From NCBI GenBank assembly GCA_963693365.1, contig CAVNZM010000013.1, forward strand, positions 7,082,713 to 7,146,712: DNA of 64,000 bases, in the 5' to 3' direction. The translations under genes were made by a program, and so were the position numbers. Every line of letters begins with the position of its first letter. The first letter of the stretch is position 1. The notes below the pieces were generated by a model. That model was not told the DNA's origin, made no database searches, and saw only the letters and a program-made list of their open reading frames with translations. Shown here piece by piece: positions 38,027 through 51,586 of the stretch. The DNA is from Amoebidium appalachense. Lineage: Eukaryota > Protista > Ichthyosporea.

Positions 38027-39132
38027 GGGACGGAATTAGCCCGGGGGTGCGGGGGCCGGGGAGGGTGTCGAAAAACGTGCACCTTTCAACTTTCAGGAGG
38101 GGATGGGGGGGGCGGAAGGGGACTGGGGTGGGAGAGGGGGGGGGGGGGGGGGGGGGGGGTCGGCTCCTTCTGTTATGTTTGCGGGGAGGGGGGGGGGGGG
38201 GGGGGGAGGAGGGGGGGGGGGGAAGGGGGGATGAACAGAGGGTTGGACCGTGTTGAACTTGGCAGATCATCGGGGAATTCGAAGGGGGGGGGGGGGGGGG
38301 GGGGGGGGGGGAATGAATTGAGGGACGAGCAGATGAATGAGGGGCGAGGAGAGATCTAGAGAATGTAAAGGACAACGGAGGGGAGGAATCCCTCAAGTGA
38401 GCTCCGTACGGTTGGGAGCTTTAGGGTGGGCCGGTGTGGGGAGGGAGGGTGGAGGGGAGGGGAGGTGGGGGCATCGGAAATTACTATTCAAAGATCATTT
38501 TCGGACTAATATTGTCTCCGACCGGTTGTGGAGTCCACAATCATTGCAACCGGTACAGTACTCAGAAGTTCGACTCCAACCATCATATGCAAGAATAGGC
38601 AACATACCCCATATACCTACATTCATGGCCAGCCCCGCTCAAAAAAATTTATTGGCTTTTGAGAGGTTCCATTCAAGTTCGAGCTCGAGCTCCCGGCCCA
38701 ACTCATGCGAATTCCCGTACGCGTCCACTGCCATGATAGTAGTACAACATGCCCATATGACCCCAATTGCTGTGCAAAACTTTTGCACGGCGGAGCATAC
38801 ACCGCACCTTCCTGGCCTATACCTGTCGGTAAGGACTATGCAGTACAGCACGGTGCTAATCATAAGTTATGTCACAAATTTCCGCCCAGACTGCAGATCT
38901 GGGCATGATCATGCAGGTCAAACGATAGATAGAATTGGGGGTTTACGCTGTTTACTCGAGGCAAAGAGAACCAGTCTCAGGTATGGGGGGGGGGGGTTTG
39001 CTCGGAATATCCCCTCAGCGGTATATCATGATCACGTACATAGATGTCGGGTGGTGACTATATATCAGGGTTTACTTTCTCTACGAGACACCATAAAGAC
39101 TACAAGGAGAAATCAATTAGTTGGGGTTCCCC

Positions 39133-39133
<1 letters not shown>

Positions 39134-39174
<41 letters not shown>

Positions 39175-39206
39175 GGGCTCCCCTCGGGACACTCGGTATC
39201 AGCTGG

Positions 39207-39279
<73 letters not shown>

Positions 39280-41900
39280 TGCGCTATAATTTTGTAGTGA
39301 TGTGTTTCTCAAGCCAATCAATACATCTAATAAACAGGTCGTAGTTACGCGGGTTTAGTATAAAATCAAGGATGTTGTAATTTACAGGTAGGCTATCTTT
39401 CTGGGTGTCTGTTGTGAATGTGACGTGTGTGTGTTGCGGTATTATGTGGTCTATCAAACTACATTTGGCGATACATGACCGGTTAAACTGGTGTGTGTGT
39501 GTGTTGTTTGGGCATGCAAATGATGCCACCTTATACTTATTAGATCTCCACTGTATAGCACGTGTACAGTAAAAGCGTGGTAATTGATCAATAATACCAT
39601 CAGCTAGAGAAAGACCAGTTCTACAGGAAGGTAATATGTATTTAGGTGTTATACACTTGCGAGTGCCATATTTGGCAATATGGTTGAGGCGGTCAGTATA
39701 TATAAAACGAGACATAAGGCTTAGTTTTTCAAGGTGTATGCTTTCATCGGGTCTAGTGTCGTGTGGTATCTTTTTCCATTTGTTATATTGCGTGATTATC
39801 TTGTGATTGTGTACATGTTTAATAAGTAAGTGGCAGTCCAAAGTCACACACACACTATTGCGGGGTTTATTTGTATTTGTGCCCAGGGGAGAAGGGGAGA
39901 GAGAGGGGAGGAAAGAGGGGAGAGGTGAGGAGGGGACAGGTCGGATAGAGAAGAGAGGGTGGGAGGGCAAATACTTCTTTAAGCGGCTTATGTGCTTATT
40001 GAATTTCAGCGCGAGATAGGATACTCTAGCAGCTATTGGGACCAGACCATATATCGAGAGCGTTACAGGCCCAGGTTTACAACAGTTGTTAGATAGAAAG
40101 GAGGCAACTTCTGCTTCAAGGAAATTTGCCAAGGGTTTAAGCGCTCTAGTTCTCTCTTTCTTGATCCAAGCGGCGAGAAGGGGTAAACCATATTCACATG
40201 CCGGGAAGACAAAAGTGCGAATAAATGTAAGTCTAATAGAAGGATGGAGGGGTGTGTCTTTAAAAATATTAGCCGAGAAGAAAGCTAACCGCTTACGAGC
40301 CAACTCTACCCTCTTTTCGACCATATGGGGAAACATAACACCAACAGAATCAACCGGAACACCAAGATATTTGTATTCTGGAACTATAGGTACAGGTTTA
40401 GATGATAATGTAAATGTGTGTAAATTGTTAGCTATATCAGGTACAAGAACACCACATTTGTCTATGTTAAGGATCATAAGGTTTGCCTTGCACCACTCTG
40501 ACACTACATCGAACAATCTTTGCAGGCGTCTAGGGGTACGGGCAAGGAGGGACAGATCATCAGCATAGAGAAGTGCAGGCGGAAAGTTATTAATAGGGTC
40601 ATCGTTTTCGGCGTAAATCTTGACAGCCAAATCATCTATAAATAGGTTAAACAAAAAGGGGCTAAGCAATGAACCCTGCAAGAGACCTCTAGTACGAGCA
40701 AAACCATATGAAAGATGCCCATTAACCACAGCTCTACCATAGGTTTGAGACAAGAGTGCTTCTAACAGAACACCAATGCAGTGTGGTACACCTCGTGCAG
40801 CAAGCTTTTCCCATAGGAGACCAGGGGAGACAGAATCGTAAGCAGTTTTCCAATCAATAAAGCCAACATATTGTGCACCAACTTGCATAGAATCGTGCAG
40901 TGCCATTATTTGAACATAACATGAATTGTTTTTACGAAAAGCGGATTGGCATGGGTGTATGTGAAGAATAGATTGAAACCTAGGGTGATGTGCAAATAAC
41001 CTAAGTAAGCAAGCTTCAAAGAATCTACGAGCAACCTGGGTTAGTGTAATGGGGCGAAAGGATGATATGGGGCCCTCAGAGTCCTTCGTAACTATGGGGA
41101 TCACTAAGGTATCTAACCAAGATGACGGGACATGTCCACATTTAACACACCAAGAAAAGAGAGAGCTTAACATGATAGTAAGATCAGGTTTAATAGCACG
41201 ATCACTTTCCTTTTGTGGGTAGGAGGGAACAAGGATTTTAAGAAACCCAGCAGGGAGTCCATCAGGTCCACAAGACTTACTAGAGCTATAACTAGATATC
41301 ACAGACCATATGGCATCGGGACTGAAAAAGGGGAGGATCGATTCTATGGGGATAGATGGGTCTACAGGCCACACAATAGGTTTCTGAGCGGGGGTCCTAT
41401 CTTTAAACAGTTCCGAGAAATACTTATCAGAGTCTATGAGGGGGTCTCCAGTGGTATCACCAATAATACGAGCAGGGGGGCCAAATCGATTCATACTAGC
41501 AAGCCGGCGCAAGCTTTCCTTTTGAGACAGGGGTTCACCTAGTCTAGCGGGAGTGGTGTTTGGTAACAAGAGAGCATCGGGATATTCCTTCCTACCACCG
41601 CCAGCATAATCACCGAGATCTATCAAATCATCAACAATAAAGTTAGTGCATGTATCTAGTACGAGATGTGAATCTAGAATTCGAACGATATGTAATTATG
41701 TCTGTAACCAGTGGAAGTGGAACAGGAAGCGGTTTTGAACTCTGAGCTGGAAACGATATGGCTGGTTGCTTATAGAAGGGAGGCCTCAGAGAGAGCAGGG
41801 GAAAGAAGAGGGGACTGAGAGTGTGGTAGTGGGAAAGCGTCGGAGAAGGCACATTTGCCTCTGCCTCAGGGTTGATGCACAAAACAGCAAAAACAAAAAG
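39134..41900 (-). mobile_element. Non-LTR (LINE-like) retrotransposon copy; 5' boundary approximate
   Basis: RT ORF followed by a short 3' UTR containing (CA)n and a 37-nt poly(A) tail (T-run 39134-39170 on the plus strand). It is intronless and more AT-rich than host exons. No convincing target-site duplication was found. Confidence 0.8.
39284..41626 (-). CDS. Non-LTR retrotransposon reverse transcriptase (~780 aa)
   Basis: Motifs KSCGPDGL, FRPITL, QSAFRK, FIDWKTAYDSV, GLLQGSLLSPFLFN, LYADD, LNIDKC and YKYLG, with a Cys/His-containing C-terminus. The frame is open to about 41696 with no upstream ATG. Confidence 0.93.
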   Translation of the reverse strand: MIDLGDYAGGGRKEYPDALLLPNTTPARLGEPLSQKESLRRLASMNRFGPPARIIGDTTGDPLIDSDKYFSELFKDRTPAQKPIVWPVDPSIPIESILPFFSPDAIWSVISSYSSSKSCGPDGLPAGFLKILVPSYPQKESDRAIKPDLTIMLSSLFSWCVKCGHVPSSWLDTLVIPIVTKDSEGPISSFRPITLTQVARRFFEACLLRLFAHHPRFQSILHIHPCQSAFRKNNSCYVQIMALHDSMQVGAQYVGFIDWKTAYDSVSPGLLWEKLAARGVPHCIGVLLEALLSQTYGRAVVNGHLSYGFARTRGLLQGSLLSPFLFNLFIDDLAVKIYAENDDPINNFPPALLYADDLSLLARTPRRLQRLFDVVSEWCKANLMILNIDKCGVLVPDIANNLHTFTLSSKPVPIVPEYKYLGVPVDSVGVMFPHMVEKRVELARKRLAFFSANIFKDTPLHPSIRLTFIRTFVFPACEYGLPLLAAWIKKERTRALKPLANFLEAEVASFLSNNCCKPGPVTLSIYGLVPIAARVSYLALKFNKHISRLKKYLPSHPLFSIRPVPSSPLPSFLPSLSPSPLGTNTNKPRNSVCVTLDCHLLIKHVHNHKIITQYNKWKKIPHDTRPDESIHLEKLSLMSRFIYTDRLNHIAKYGTRKCITPKYILPSCRTGLSLADGIIDQLPRFYCTRAIQWRSNKYKVASFACPNNTHTHQFNRSCIAKCSLIDHIIPQHTHVTFTTDTQKDSLPVNYNILDFILNPRNYDLFIRCIDWLEKHITTKL

Positions 41901-42734
41901 GCATCAAAATTTCAAAAAATTGCGACATCGAAATGTGATGGGAATATGAATTTGAACACGGATGAAAGTCGGATGGGGGACGGATGATCACAGCTTTCGT
42001 TGACAAGAAATAAGTTTTGGACAAGGAAAAGACTGAGGACGCCAGGTCCCGGAAGCCCCATTTAAATTTACATCGTGATGTTTATTGATCTGGGGGGCTT
42101 CCGTGTCTGGGGTGACTCAATGTATATCTACGTCACAAAATGTGTGAAGACGAACGCTGATTGGGTGTCGTGAGAAGGCCAATCAAACGGAGCAGTTGGC
42201 ATGAGGTGCATATTCTGCTGCATAATTGTTGGGTTGTAAAAGCCATCAAATTGCTCGAACTCGAAGTCCCGTAAATAACTAACGAAAAATGATTTCTAGA
42301 AAACACCTTGATCCTTCTGGCTGGTAATCCTACTAATTAGAGAATTCACTGATCTATTTTTTACTTTATTATTATTAAAGTTAAATTGCTTTAAGTTATA
42401 TCACATGAACTTTTAGATCGTGAGATTTTGTCGTTACACATGAAGAGACATCAAAGTGTATGAGACATTACAACCGAGCACAAATTGATGATCAAGACAC
42501 CGGGACCTGCCGAAGTCACCGATACCCAATTGCAAGCTAATTACGCACCATTTTTTTGATTCTAAACTTTCTACCCTGGTTGAAGTTAGTTCATGCTTGA
42601 GAACCAATCAGTGATCTGCATTTTCGACTCCAAACATATAAAAACCGTCCGTCAAATGTTCATACAACAACAACATTGTTACAACAACACAACGCCCTCT
42701 CTCTCGCTTTCTGTTTCTCACAAAAACCATCAAA

Positions 42735-42932
42735 ATGGCCAGCGCCGACGTCCGCTTTACGGCCGAGAATGCCGCGATTCTTCTAATTGACCACCAAGTC
42801 GGCACGCTGAGTTGGTGCCACTCTGAGGTGCCCCAAGACCGCATCGTCAAGAACACACGTGCCCTTGCACGTGCGGCAAAGGTTCTCGGCATGCCCCTGG
42901 TGTTGACCAGCTCGCAGGAGACCAACGCGCAG

Positions 42933-42966
<34 letters not shown>

Positions 42967-42980
42967 ATGTGTGTATGTGC

Positions 42981-43031
<51 letters not shown>

Positions 43032-44512
43032 TGTGTGGGCGCGCGCGCGCGCCTGTGTGCGCGTTTGTGTATGTGTGAGTGCGTGTGTCACGTGCTACCG
43101 TGTGTGCGTGTGTGTGTGTGTGCTTTTACACCCGTGTGTGTACGTGCACGTGTGTGTGTGTGTGTGTGTAAGTGTGTGTGCGAGTGTGTCTGCCCTATAA
43201 AGGTGTAAAATGCAACGTTACATGTATGCACATGTACCTATGCGGTAGAATGAAACATATTAATCTAAGGCATTCACAACATGTGCTGATCAACCCTCCA
43301 CCACATGCATAATCACAGGGTCCCCTCATCAAAGATCTCGAAGAGATTGCCCCCGAGGAGCATGCAGCACGTGTGCAGCGAACTGGCATTGTCAACTGCT
43401 GGGAGGACCCCAACTACCACGCCGCAGTAATGAAGGCCGTGGGTGGCCGCAGGAATCTGATCATTGCTGGCCTGACCAACGACGTGTGCACCATCTACCC
43501 CACCATCAGCGCTATAAAGGAGGGCTTCAACGTGCAGGTAATGTGAAGTTTTATACTTACATAACGAGGACAGTCCTCCCACCTCTCCCCTCCTCCCCCG
43601 CTCCCTCTGCCTTCCCCCTCCACCCAATGACTTGTGGCCACCGATACCTACTACTTTCCGTTCCACTTGCACCCAAACGATTGTCATGCTTACGTAGAAA
43701 CAATTGATAATGTGGTGGTAAGTAGAGAGTGGTGAAGCCCTCACACTCTGAGAATCAGCAGCCCCAGCTTTTCAACCGTAAATACAGTACTGCATGAATA
43801 CTATGGGGTGGAAAGGAACAAAATAGAAATCTACTACTTTTTAGCGAGTTTCTATTGGTCAACCGCATAGAAGCCAATGTGTTCATGACCATGATCAATT
43901 ATGGCGTATGGTATATATGACGGCAGCTGAGCCAAAAGTTGGCCTTACAGCCACTATCGAGGTTACACACCATTCGAAAGTAATTTGAAGTACATAAAGC
44001 CTTTTTCCTAATAGTAAACAGGCTTTGGGTGCCTAATAAAAAAGTTTTTGTAGTGCCTTGTAGATAGCGCGGTGGGCAAATTTAGACCGGCGCAGAGCTA
44101 GTTAATCATGAGCCATGCCGGTCAGTCAGCCAATCAGCAGCTGTTAGCCTCCTTGAATCTGGTCAAATCAACCAATCGCGTAGCCCTAAAAAGAGTAGTA
44201 TCGTTTCTATTTTGTTCCTTTCCACCCCATAATAGTATTGAGTCCACAGCCACTCAGGTATCTATGTATAGCATGCACCTCTTTAACCAATTACTGTATT
44301 TTCCGCAGGTTGTTGCCGATGCCGGTGGTAGCCCCACCCCCATTTCCGACCGGCTCTCCCTAGATCGCATGCAGCGTGCTGGTGCCACCATCACGTGCAC
44401 AAACACCCTCCTGGCTGAGCTCGCAGTTGATTGGTCGGGCCCCCACGGCAGCAAACTTATTCAGATTCTGTTCGAGGAGATCATGCCCCCCCCCATGAAG
44501 GCGGAGGAGTAG
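42735..44512 (+). CDS. ycaC: Isochorismatase-family cysteine hydrolase, YcaC-like (206 aa, 3 exons)
   Basis: Exons 42735-42932, 43319-43537 and 44309-44512, all phase-0 GT-AG. Motifs: LLIDHQ (catalytic Asp), PLVLTSS...[20 protein letters not shown] (catalytic Cys), VVADAGGS. Confidence 0.92.
43804..44229. mobile_element. MITE (426 bp) in intron 2 of the isochorismatase gene
   Basis: Perfect 26-bp TIR TGGGGTGGAAAGGAACAAAATAGAAA (43804-43829 / 44204-44229), extending imperfectly to about 45 bp. Flanked by TA on both sides. Non-coding interior. Confidence 0.85.
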
Positions 44513-45003
44513 GGTGGGTTCTTTAAGTGTATGCAACAAGCAGAAGCACTGTTTGGGTGTAAGTCATGCAGTATATATATACGTAGTTTGGACGGTAGAG
44601 TCCGTAGGGTGGTAGCGTGGGAGTCATTCATAAGGCGGCAACGGTTGGCTGTATTACAGGGCTCAGGGCTCAGCCACGTGCACTGTTTTTGATATCATGG
44701 GTTTGGATGTTAGTTTATAGGGGACCAAAACGTAATACGTACAGAGCCTGGCACTGGTGCAAAGACGGTAACCAACCACGATGTTTCGAATAAACAATTC
44801 AATACATAACTATGATGTCCGTTGGTCATGACTGTTGTGCTGTAGCCGGTTTCGTGAAATTTTCGGCTGTGGCTGCCTAAAACATTTAGATTAGCAGCCT
44901 TCTCCGGATATGCCCCCTTCCCCCTTTCCCTTCGGCCCTTCCCCCGGCCCCCTCCCTTCCTCCTTCCCTTAGCCTCTCCCTGCCCTTGCGTGCACGCGCG
45001 CGC

Positions 45004-45887
<884 letters not shown>

Positions 45888-45889
45888 TA

Positions 45890-46182
45890 CTGTAAATTTG
45901 GTTGTGTATCATAGCGGCAGCGCAGATTGCTTTTACAGTATGGGATCTGATCAATCTTGAGATGGGATCTTATCCTCGGCACTCATCGATTCGAGTCCAG
46001 GCATGTTCCCAACTGATTGGATCTGGCTGATACTGCCGCCTTTTATAGGGGACAGTTCGCCGTGCGATTGTGGGACAACGCCGCTGCTTCCCGACCAACC
46101 ATTTTGATTGGTCAGTAAGCGCGACTAACTACAGGGCGCGACTCCCGTAGTCTGTCCGACAATATACACAACCATGTTTACA

Positions 46183-46183
<1 letters not shown>
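45890..46183. mobile_element. Probable Tc1/mariner/pogo-type MITE (294 bp) inserted in a CA array
   Basis: TA|CTGTAAATTTGGTTGTGTAT ... ATACACAACCATGTTTACAA|TA: a 20-bp TIR with 3 mismatches and a TA duplication. It is a unique-sequence island inside a microsatellite. Confidence 0.6.
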
Positions 46184-46231
<48 letters not shown>

Positions 46232-46275
46232 CACACGCACACACACACACACACACGCACAAACATGCACACACA

Positions 46276-46314
<39 letters not shown>

Positions 46315-46521
46315 GGCACACATGCACACACACGTTCACCAACCCCCCCCTTCCCTTCCCCACAGACATGGACACATACACGAAGCCACACATGTGCGTG
46401 GTGGCCCAAAACAAGAATACACACTCACGTACATACACACAGATACACTGTCACAAAGAGTATTACACTCACAGACGCGCACACGTGTGCGTGTGCGTGC
46501 ACACATGCACACAGACAGACA

Positions 46522-46594
<73 letters not shown>

Positions 46595-46847
46595 GCGCAC
46601 ACGAACAACACATGCGCGTGCGCACGCACACACACAACGCGCACATACACACGTGCACGTGGATGCACCCACACACACCCACACACACGTGCACGCGATC
46701 ACGCCCACACACACACACACACACACTGGGGCATGCGAAAACTCTCATCCCTCCCCTCCCCTCCCCTCCCCCCCCCACCCCCTACCCAACCTTCCTACCC
46801 TTCCGCACCCCTCTCCCTCTTTCTCCTCCTCCATTCCCCCCCCCCCC

Positions 46848-46910
<63 letters not shown>

Positions 46911-47821
46911 GGAAAAAGTACACGAGTGAATATAAACACAGTCCGGCCCGGGTACCATATCAGGAGCGGGCAATTTTTGAATTCTCCCTCCCCGGCCCCG
47001 CCGGGGAAAATTTGAGGTTTTTGGACCTCAAAGAAGTCAAATCCTGCAAAATCCACTACCGGGAGGCCAAAAAGGGTGATTTTACAAAAAAGGAGGGACA
47101 TACATGAAAAAGAGAAAATGGGCGAGTTCAGTGGGCTGCCGATAAGTATATCTCGTGCTGGGCCGGTATACATGCTGCCGTGGTTGCTGCTGTAGACGGC
47201 AGTATGGCATCGCATGTGTCACGTGACCTGCACGTGAATGCGACCATGTGCAGGCACTGAGTCTAGGGGGATTTGTATGTGTGTTTTGGAGCACCGACAA
47301 GGCAGAGCCAGGGTGAGGGATGTGTAAACATGGAGTTTAGGGAGATCGTGCTGCTATTGTAACATGTGCACAAAACAGCCACGTGCACCGGCACACTCCG
47401 GTGTACAGAACAATAATATGCACATGCGTCACTGTAATATCATGTATGCGCATGCCGCACAAGGTTTAGGAGACCACCACAGTATATACTATTTTCTTTT
47501 GGTTGATATCCATGTAGGAATGGTGTGTTGCAGTTGTCATGATCAGCCTGAGGCAGGCACGTGCACTCACTGAAACACTAGAACTCATGAATAAAAAATA
47601 CATTCGCTAAAAACGGCAAGGTAAATTTGGGGCCAAGCTATTATTTCCCCCTTTTAAACGTTTTTTTAGCTCCAAGAACTTCGACGCCAAAATTTCTATA
47701 TTTGGCCATCGTATATGATAATGAACACGTGTACTTAAATTAAAGTAGTTATATAAATATGAGCGGCCCGTTACAAATACAGTGACGAAAAACAGTGACC
47801 CACGAGCAGTTTTTCTTTCTA

Positions 47822-47868
<47 letters not shown>

Positions 47869-49189
47869 ACACACACACACCAGACACACACACCACCACC
47901 ACGGTGACCACCACCACCACCACCACCACCACTCACCCCTTAAAAAAACCACACACATACGTGCACGTGTACACACACACACAGAACACCACCACCACCT
48001 CCACTGGACCCCATTTCCTCGTTGTTTTCTTAAGCCTTCAGACCAGTCCTGCACACTGGAGTTAAACAATTGAATTCACCTAGGCTGACATGCATCCACC
48101 CCCGCCTTCCACTTCCCCTCCCCCCCCCACCCCCTCCCCCCACCCCCCCCCCACCCCCACCCCCTCCCCCTCGATGAAGAAGGGCCCCCGTAAGCCTTGG
48201 GGGGGGGGGGGGGGGGGAAGGGGGAAGGGGGGAGCTCTTGAGCCTCCGGGTAGGGAAGTGGGGTCCGGGGATCCGGAGAGGGGAGGGGGGGGGGGGGGGA
48301 AGGGGCATATAATATTGGGCCTAGATATCATAGTATGGGGCCCCGGGGGAGGGAGAGGTGGGGGGGAGGGGGGAGGATCCACGGGAAAGACCTTTAGGTG
48401 CATGTTCTTATTTATACCCCCTTCGAATCATCCCCCTCTCCCCCCCCCCTCCCCCCCTGAGTGCAGGCCGTGACGTAGCTACGATAACCCTGCAGAAGGC
48501 AACAAAAATGTATTAATTACTAGCACTATACATGTGTTCATAGTGCAGCTTGCACCACGTATGATCTCAGCAACTTTAAAGTAGTCACAAAGTTTAGTTA
48601 TTTTCATTATTTTCATTGCTCTGAACTCTATTACTCTGAAATGATCACCGTGCATGTGCCGCAAGATAACAACCCTATATGTGTGCAGCTGCTGCCTGCA
48701 GGTTAGACTCGCTGAAAAGACAATTGTCAGTGTGCATCCGACGCTTGCAGCTGCAGCTAGCCTCTGCAACATTAATACTTGCCAAGTGAATGCTCTTACA
48801 CTTGATCATCATTCACTCAAAAAACCGAGGACCGACAGATTAAATATTAATGTCGATCCGAATGATCAGCAAGTGTCTATGCGTACTACTATATATACAC
48901 ACACGTAAAATGCGAAGCTATCAGTTACAAGGCACACCTGCTGCACTGGCACACATACACATACACACCGGCAGATCGATGCTGTCAAAATTTACTTTCA
49001 TGTACTTCGTAGGTCCGACACAGGTGCACATGAACACGTACATATGTACAAGCCGCGCACACACCACACCACACATACACACACACACACACACACTCAC
49101 ACACACACACGCACACACGCACACACGCACACACGCACACACGCACGCACGCACGCACACACACACACACACACACGCACGCACGCGCG

Positions 49190-49266
<77 letters not shown>

Positions 49267-49685
49267 CACTGGGTGCGCTCGCTGGGGATTAGTTTTTTGG
49301 CACGCTGTTGACTTTATCGTGTGTTTATTATTTGCTATTTATTGGCCAGCGGCCAACATTTAAAAATATACTATATACCTAAAAATAGATACTGACTACG
49401 GCCAGCAGACATTATACACCTTCCAGGACACATTAACACCAATAGTCTAACACACCATACTCTCGATCACAAAGAATTCCTAACAAACAGAGAAAAGTGC
49501 AAAGGCTCTGTACTATTACTCAGATTCTAAATTTTAATTCTTTACAGTAAACTTCGGAATGAAAGCTAGCCCCCCCCCCCCCCCCCCCCCCCCCCCTCCC
49601 CCCTAACATGACTGTACGAAGAACAGGTATAACTTGAAGCACTACAACACATATGAGATCCGTTACATTGGTGTACATTCCAATA

Positions 49686-51357
49686 TTAGACACTAGTTTG
49701 GCTACTCTGACTACTCTGAGATCCTGATTGGCTGCCTGCAGACTTGCGGCCACGATTACTTTGCTTTCGATCGTGCCATTGCAGCTGCGTCTCTCCAGCA
49801 GGTGGCAACGCCAGGCCCAGCACAGCAGATGCACGAGAAGGGGGTGGGAACTGCCCACCAGCCGAGGGCTGGCCCACATGGCCCAAGTAAGGATGGGGAC
49901 CGTGCTGCGGCAGTAGCCCAGGCATGGGGAAGGCAGGGCCGGGCTGAGGCGGCATGATGCCCCACGGTGGGGGCCAGCCATGTGGGTGGTGCGGGCCTGG
50001 ATGGGGTGCAGGGGGCATGTGCGGCACATGGCCCTGCTGCATGTCAAGCGCGGGTGCTGGTGGCATGGCATCCTGATTGGCTGCAACCCAACGTGGGCAG
50101 CTCTTGGCCCGATTGGAGCCGGGGCAGCCCTTGCCCTGGCGGCCACACGTCTTGCAGGTCTTGGGGGCTCTCTGGGGTGGCTGCATAGGAGGGGGCACCG
50201 GCAAATCCATCTGCAGGGGCCCCTCAGGGCCAATGTTGCGATGCTTTTTGCCCACTAGCATGGGCAAGGGCCGCTCACGCTGCGCCCCTGCATCGACACC
50301 GTCTGGAACAGGGAGGGGTGGCAAGGGGGCAGGCCGTATGGTTGCTGGCACAGCGTCTGCCCTCTCCTCGCGCATACGCTTGCGGTGATCTGCCAGGCCC
50401 TCGTGTGTGGAGCGCTGTGCATGTGCCGTCTGCCAGGTCTTCCACTTGTCGAAATGCTTCTTGATGTAGGCCGCATCCTTCATGTAGATTCCCCCAGCCA
50501 CAGAGGCAGCCTTGTTGAAGTCTTGGGCCAAAGCCTCGAACAGCTGGCCGTTGGGCTTTGCATGTGCCTTGTAGGTGCCCAGGAGCAGCGTGCTGAATAG
50601 CTTGCGCTCCTGAGGGGTAAGCACCGGAAGGAAGGGGATGGCCACATGTTGCTTCTGCGCCAGGAACTTGTAGTCGCCCCTCAGTGCAGGGTCCGGCTGT
50701 GGTGCACCACGCGCCACCTGGTTGCCCCCCCCCCATGGCAGCACCGTCACCCTCCTCGACCTCACAGTCCTCTGGCCCGCCCATCACGCCATTGGCTGCA
50801 GGCTCGATGTTATCAGACGGAGGTGGGGGTGCGGGCACCGCAACTGGCTCCTGCGCCGGGGCATTGGCCACACAGGAGAGCGGGGCAAAGTTGAAGTACT
50901 CCTCCGGTAGCTTGTAGCAGCCTACGGGTACCCACTGGGGGTCGAGGTGATGGCCGTACAGCATCAGCGCCAGTGCCTCCATGTCGTCAACAATCCAGGG
51001 GCTGTAGTGGGGGGGCCCCGATGCCTGGCCCAGGCGGTTGCGGTAGTGTGCACGCAGGTTGTGGCGGTGGCGCCTATTGGACATGGTGGCGTCCAGCAGG
51101 CGCAGCGACATGCGTGTGGCCCCAAAGTGGGTGGCCAGGGGGTTGTGCACTGCCCCCTCCACCTCGTTGGTGCCCCGGATGCAGCGGTAGCGCATGAGCC
51201 CATCTGCGTCGGCAGTGGTCTCGTAGTAGAGGGGCAGGCCGGGGGGGTCCGACAGACAGCCATTTTGGGCGTGTTCGAGCAGCGACTGTGGGGGCACAAG
51301 CAAACATCAGAGAGATGGGTGGGTGGTGGTGGTGGTAGTGTGTGTGTATGTGTGTGT

Positions 51358-51388
<31 letters not shown>

Positions 51389-51471
51389 GGGGGGGGGGAT
51401 GGGGTTGCTAAGGAAAAAAACGAGCAGGGAAAGGCAAAAAACAACTGGCTAGGCAGCAAGGGCCGTGCGGG

Positions 51472-51547
<76 letters not shown>

Positions 51548-51551
51548 ATGT

Positions 51552-51586
<35 letters not shown>

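Noticed and set aside
41990-42060. HDV-like ribozyme at the LINE 5' end
   Set aside because: A P3/L3-like segment exists, but I could not build P1 and P1.1 pairings.
39121-42103. TTGGGGTTCCCCG and TGGGGGGCTTCCG as a LINE target-site duplication
   Set aside because: Only 8 of 13 positions match, which is too weak for an element with an intact ORF and a pure tail.
42040-42512. 13-bp imperfect inverted repeat CGCCAGGTCCCGG / CCGGGACCTGCCG as MITE ends
   Set aside because: It does not extend and no TSD is evident.
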